A stretch of 12,893 bases of DNA from Eledone cirrhosa (lineage: Eukaryota): the NCBI GenBank assembly GCA_964016885.1, contig CAXHJY010000433.1, positions 1 through 12,893 on the forward strand. Direction: 5' to 3'. The stretch's first letter is position 1; each line of letters opens with the position of its first letter. Below, one piece after another: positions 9,350 through 12,893 of this stretch. The notes beneath the pieces are model-generated. The model ran no database searches. It saw only the letters and a list, made by a program, of their open reading frames with translations, and was not told the origin of the DNA. The translations under genes were made by a program, and so were the position numbers.

Positions 9350-9535
9350 TCTGCTCAGCCAAGGGACATAAACAAATGCTTCCTTTTACATTAAATGGTG
9401 TTGATATAAAGACATGCATATATGGTAGGCTTCCTCAGAGCCCCTGCCTATTGAATTCCCTCATAAGGGATTAGCTGACCCTGGCTTACAGTAAATTTCC
9501 CCATTAGATTTGAACAGAGTATGGTATGGTGGATG
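9350..9535 (-). mobile_element. Possible heavily degraded SINE of a third family
   Basis: gggacataaacaaa...ggcttcctcag...cctattgaattccctcataagggattagctgaccc resembles my recollection of an octopus SINE. There is no second copy in the window to confirm it. Confidence 0.3.
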
Positions 9536-9607
9536 CTGCATTTATCAGAAACAGAAACCAAATGGGCTTTAGTGTCCCTTAATCCTTATATCATCATCAT
9601 CTATTTA

Positions 9608-9858
9608 TAAAGTGATAATGCAGGTGTCATGATAAAACACACCCAGTACAGTCAGTAAAATGATAATGCAGGTGTCATGATAAAACACACCCAGTACACT
9701 CTGTAAAATGATAGTGCAGGTGTCATGATAAAACACACCCAGTACACTCTGTAAAATGATAGTGCTGGTGTCATGATAAAATATCCCAAGTACACTCTAT
9801 AAAATGGTAACGTTGGTGCCACAATAAAATGTACCCAATACACTCTGTAAAATGGTAA
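9608..9858 (+). repeat. 48-bp minisatellite, 5 full units plus a partial unit
   Basis: Consensus taaaatgatagtgcaggtgtcatgataaaacacacccagtacactctg. Units start at 9608, 9656, 9704, 9752, 9800 and 9848. Confidence 0.97.
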
Positions 9859-10010
9859 GTGTTTGCAAGGATATCCCGTTGAAACATCCATGGAAAAAAT
9901 AAGAAAAGAAAAATGAAACTTCTGAGCAAGACACGGCACTCAAAACTGTTTAGTATCGAGCCATATTGAACTCTCCAATATATGCCAGCATGGAAAAACA
10001 AGCCTAAAAT
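9848..10010 (+). mobile_element. Degraded SINE family B 3' half continuing from the 48-bp array
   Basis: gtgtttgcaaggatatcccgttgaaac resembles gtgttaggaagggcatc..gtagaaac. tccaatatatgccagcatggaaaa is the shared RTE-like tail motif. Confidence 0.5.
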
Positions 10011-10746
10011 CCTTTTATATATAAATAAAAGACCAAATTTAATGACAAATTCAATACATAATTGTGCTAAGTCTGTCAAGAATATACATTTTACTAGGAT
10101 TTTTAACATTATGATAAACTTGCTTCACTTTTGTTCAGACCTGATTGTCTTAAGTGAAGGACTATCTCTAAGCTAGACAAATAGAGTGAAGTGTTTTGCT
10201 GAAGAGCTGAATGTCAGCTATATAAGGATATAATAGTAAGCCAATGGATAGTATTGACACAAAGCACTTACTTCACCCATTCCTACTTCTCACGATTTGA
10301 AATAAATAAAAGTAGTATACTTTATTTTTCTTTGAAAAAGAGCTCCTTAGTCCAAAATATGAATGTGTAAACTGCTGTTTTGTTTTTGTTTTCACTCTTG
10401 TATTTCTAACTTTGTCTTAAACAAACATAACCATATATAAATAAATTAAATTTAAAAACAAAACAATTTAATGAATTATAATTAGAAAAAAAACAAAAAA
10501 CATAACAAAACAAAAATAATGATTTGCTTTAATATTTGTCCAAATTTTATTTGGATTTTAATATATAATTGAGAGGGAGGAGAGGAAGAAGCTAAGACAG
10601 CCATGACATGTGAAAGGAGATGATACAGGTTCTAATGTCAGTTGTTCCACGGGCAGGGATTGGGGGCAATAAATAAACAAATCACTTAATAATATAAAAG
10701 GATGACAAAAACAAATAGTAACAGTTGTATGACAGAAATTGGAGGG

Positions 10747-10832
10747 GTAGTTGTAGTAGTGTAGTAGAAATGGTTGTGACTGCAGTTGTAGCAGTAGTGA
10801 TGGTAATAGAAATGGCAGTAGTGGTGGTAGTA
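10747..10832. repeat. Degenerate (GTA/GTG)n trinucleotide repeat
   Basis: gtagttgtagtagt...gtagtggtggtagta. Confidence 0.7.
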
Positions 10833-11337
10833 TTAAAGATCTAATCCAGTCACAGAGTGCTAGACATAAATCAGATGATGTCTTAGCTTCAGTTCTTCAT
10901 AACAGTGGAGTTGAGGGAGAGAGAGAGATGTGTCATATCCTCCTGGATATGACACCAGTCTATTTATGGGTTAACATTTCTGGACTGCAACATCAAGAAC
11001 AACAACAATGAAAGACCAGTAATAGAGCGTGGTGGTGGCGAATGTGTGGGAATTTATGAATTCAGGTGTCCCATACCCCATGGGAGTGTGTAGTATAACA
11101 ACAAACAGCTCATTGTCAGTGAAACAAAACCTGAAATTTATATGTATATTTAGCTGGCCACCTATGAGCTAGAATATCTTAGGAGGATTCTTGAGTGTTT
11201 TTATGTTATTTTCTAAAATAACATAAAAATAGCCAAGTCCTATCATGTTGTTGTTGTTGTTACAGCTCACACCTATGTAGGTTGAGCTACCCTTTCTACA
11301 AAGTTGCATCTTACAAGAGGTTTCTTGAGTGTTTAAA

Positions 11338-11470
11338 TGATAGGGGTACCAGTCCTATTATGAAAACCAACATGAAATTAAGCATCTTGTTCAAGACCTC
11401 AATGCTCTGCCCTGTCCAGAAATCAAATCCATGACCTCACAACAGGACAACTAATTACTTGGCCACACTG
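11338..11470 (-). mobile_element. Degraded tRNA-derived SINE head
   Basis: The minus strand reads gtgtggccaagtaattag (A-box-like) ... ggatttgatttct (B-box-like) ... gtcttgaacaagatgcttaatttcatgttg. Related fragments lie at about 10185-10215 and 10943-11005. Confidence 0.45.
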
Positions 11471-11799
11471 GCCCAGCGTAAGTGGACATTAGGGGAGATA
11501 GTAGAGAATATGGCTTCACTTCAATAATTACTGCCAACATATGGGTGGTGGTCATGAAGAGAGTGACTATTTTGCTGACATAACATCCATCTCCATCCTA
11601 CCTTGAATAAATGTACAACCCACCATACACCAGTAAAGAGAGAGAGAGAGAGATGGGAAGACCTTATAAAGGACGATTGCTCATCCATGCAAAGGGCAGA
11701 CAATCATGGTTGTAGAAAAATCTCAGTGTACATTTAGTTCAGTGTCAGCAGTAGGGGGCGACCTCGTATAAAAAAAGAAAATACACAAACACTAAAACA

Positions 11800-11890
11800 T
11801 TTAAACAAGGTCAGCATTTGGGTGGGGGTGGGAGTAGAGAGAATTAAATTGATCCCAACACTTTACTGGTACTTTATTTTACCAAACACA
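11800..11890 (-). mobile_element. Degraded SINE family A fragment
   Basis: caaggtcagcatttggg...gaattaaattgatcccaacactttactggtactttatttta aligns to 5950-6020. Confidence 0.7.
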
Positions 11891-12139
11891 AAATAATGAG
11901 ATAACTTAGTTGTTTCTGGTGAGACTGACTCTTGTGTTGTAGTTATAGTTATTGTTGCTGTTTTTTCCAATGCCACAAAAAGAAGCCAAAATTTCTCACA
12001 AAAATTAAGATGGGATCACATCATAAAATTTATATTTGGGAAAGAAATTGGATTGAGAGACATTCATGCCTTTCTTAAACAACCACCATCCTTATATTAA
12101 TAAACTGTGCCAGAAAAAGTCAAAGACATGACAACTTCT

Positions 12140-12422
12140 CTAGTGTTGGTGATAGGAAGGACACCCAGCTGTAGAAAACGTGCTAAACAAAGAGTTGGGA
12201 GGACCCTTCAGTTGTGTCAAAAACATGACAACATCTATAGTGCCAGTACTTCAATAGAATGCACCTGGTGCACTATAGAGTGTGAGATCATATGTAAGAG
12301 AGATGCAATCACCAGCCCATCTGAGTGGTCAGTAGCTCAACTTGAGAACTGACTTAGTTTGTGAAGACTCATCCAAACTCTGCTAGTGGGGGAAAATGGA
12401 GTTAAATAATGATGATAATGAA
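12140..12422 (+). mobile_element. SINE family B / RTE-tail composite remnant
   Basis: gttggtgataggaaggacacccagctgtagaaaac at the 5' side and gaagactcatccaaactctgctagtgggggaaaatggagttaaataatgatgat at the 3' side. Confidence 0.6.
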
Positions 12423-12736
12423 TAGGTCTATAATATTTGTTGTTTTATAGAATTAAAATAAAACGGTTACTTGTGGCTGAAGAAAAATATGTTGCTTTCA
12501 GAATAAATCTCCTCTCAATAAAATTTTTCTATGTACAAATTAATCTCCACCTTTCAGATGTTAACCCTTCCATTAAAAAGCTTTTTATAATTTTGTCTAC
12601 CTCAATTGAATGTCTGATTGCTTTCATACTTTACCTGGTGTAACTGTTAATTAGCCCAACTATTCTACCTATCCTATTTATACTTGGATATATCAATTAA
12701 CTATCATTGCTATCTCAGGTGTTCTATCTGTCCTGC

Positions 12737-12741
<5 letters not shown>

Positions 12742-12805
<64 letters not shown>
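12742..12805. repeat. Pure (TA)n microsatellite
   Basis: About 32 AT dinucleotides. Confidence 0.97.
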
Positions 12806-12809
<4 letters not shown>

Positions 12810-12827
12810 ATGTTTGACCCCGACGGC

Positions 12828-12893
12828 AGAGCTCAAGCCTTTTCGACGGCTATTTCTGAGTCCAGAAATAGCCATCGAAACGGCTTGGGCTCT
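12828..12893. other. GC-rich hairpin with 31-nt arms (28/31 Watson-Crick pairs) and a 4-nt loop, running to the window edge
   Basis: 12828-12858 pairs with 12863-12893 around the loop AGTC. Confidence 0.9.

Noticed and set aside
9652-9939. ORF with a 16-aa repeat (YRVYWVCFIMTPALSF)
   Set aside because: It follows directly from a 48-bp (multiple of 3) minisatellite read on the antisense strand.
11158-11335. Imperfect local duplication (cacctatg..gagcta..atctta..gagg.ttcttgagtgttt twice)
   Set aside because: It is short and diverged, and probably represents two fragments of the same decayed repeat with no further structure.
11338-11470. tRNA gene
   Set aside because: Only degenerate A/B-box-like words are present and no cloverleaf can be formed, so a SINE head is the better explanation.

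Overview
Very AT-rich, microsatellite-saturated eukaryotic non-coding DNA, either intron or intergenic. The repeat repertoire ((TA)n/(CA)n/(GATA)n tracts, tRNA-derived SINE remnants, RTE-LINE-type tails) most resembles an octopus/coleoid cephalopod genome; this is recognition from memory, not a database result. I find no credible protein-coding gene, and the listed ORFs are mostly simple-repeat read-through or short chance frames. Supported content: (1) many simple and compound microsatellites, including a 1-kb polarised (TA)n-CAG / (TA)n-CTGC array that starts at a perfect palindrome; (2) three minisatellites with 27/60-bp, 32-bp and 48-bp periods; (3) at least two dispersed SINE-like families plus an RTE-LINE 3' end; (4) an unidentified ~90-bp repeat present as two head-to-tail dimers; (5) a (TA)n-delimited block at about 7790-8575 with two long near-perfect inverted repeats and a decayed minimal hammerhead-ribozyme core, suggesting Penelope-like element pseudo-LTR remnants; (6) a GC-rich 31-bp hairpin at the window end. 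Nothing here proves a new biological system. The best leads are the hammerhead/inverted-repeat block, the terminal hairpin and the ~90-bp dimers.
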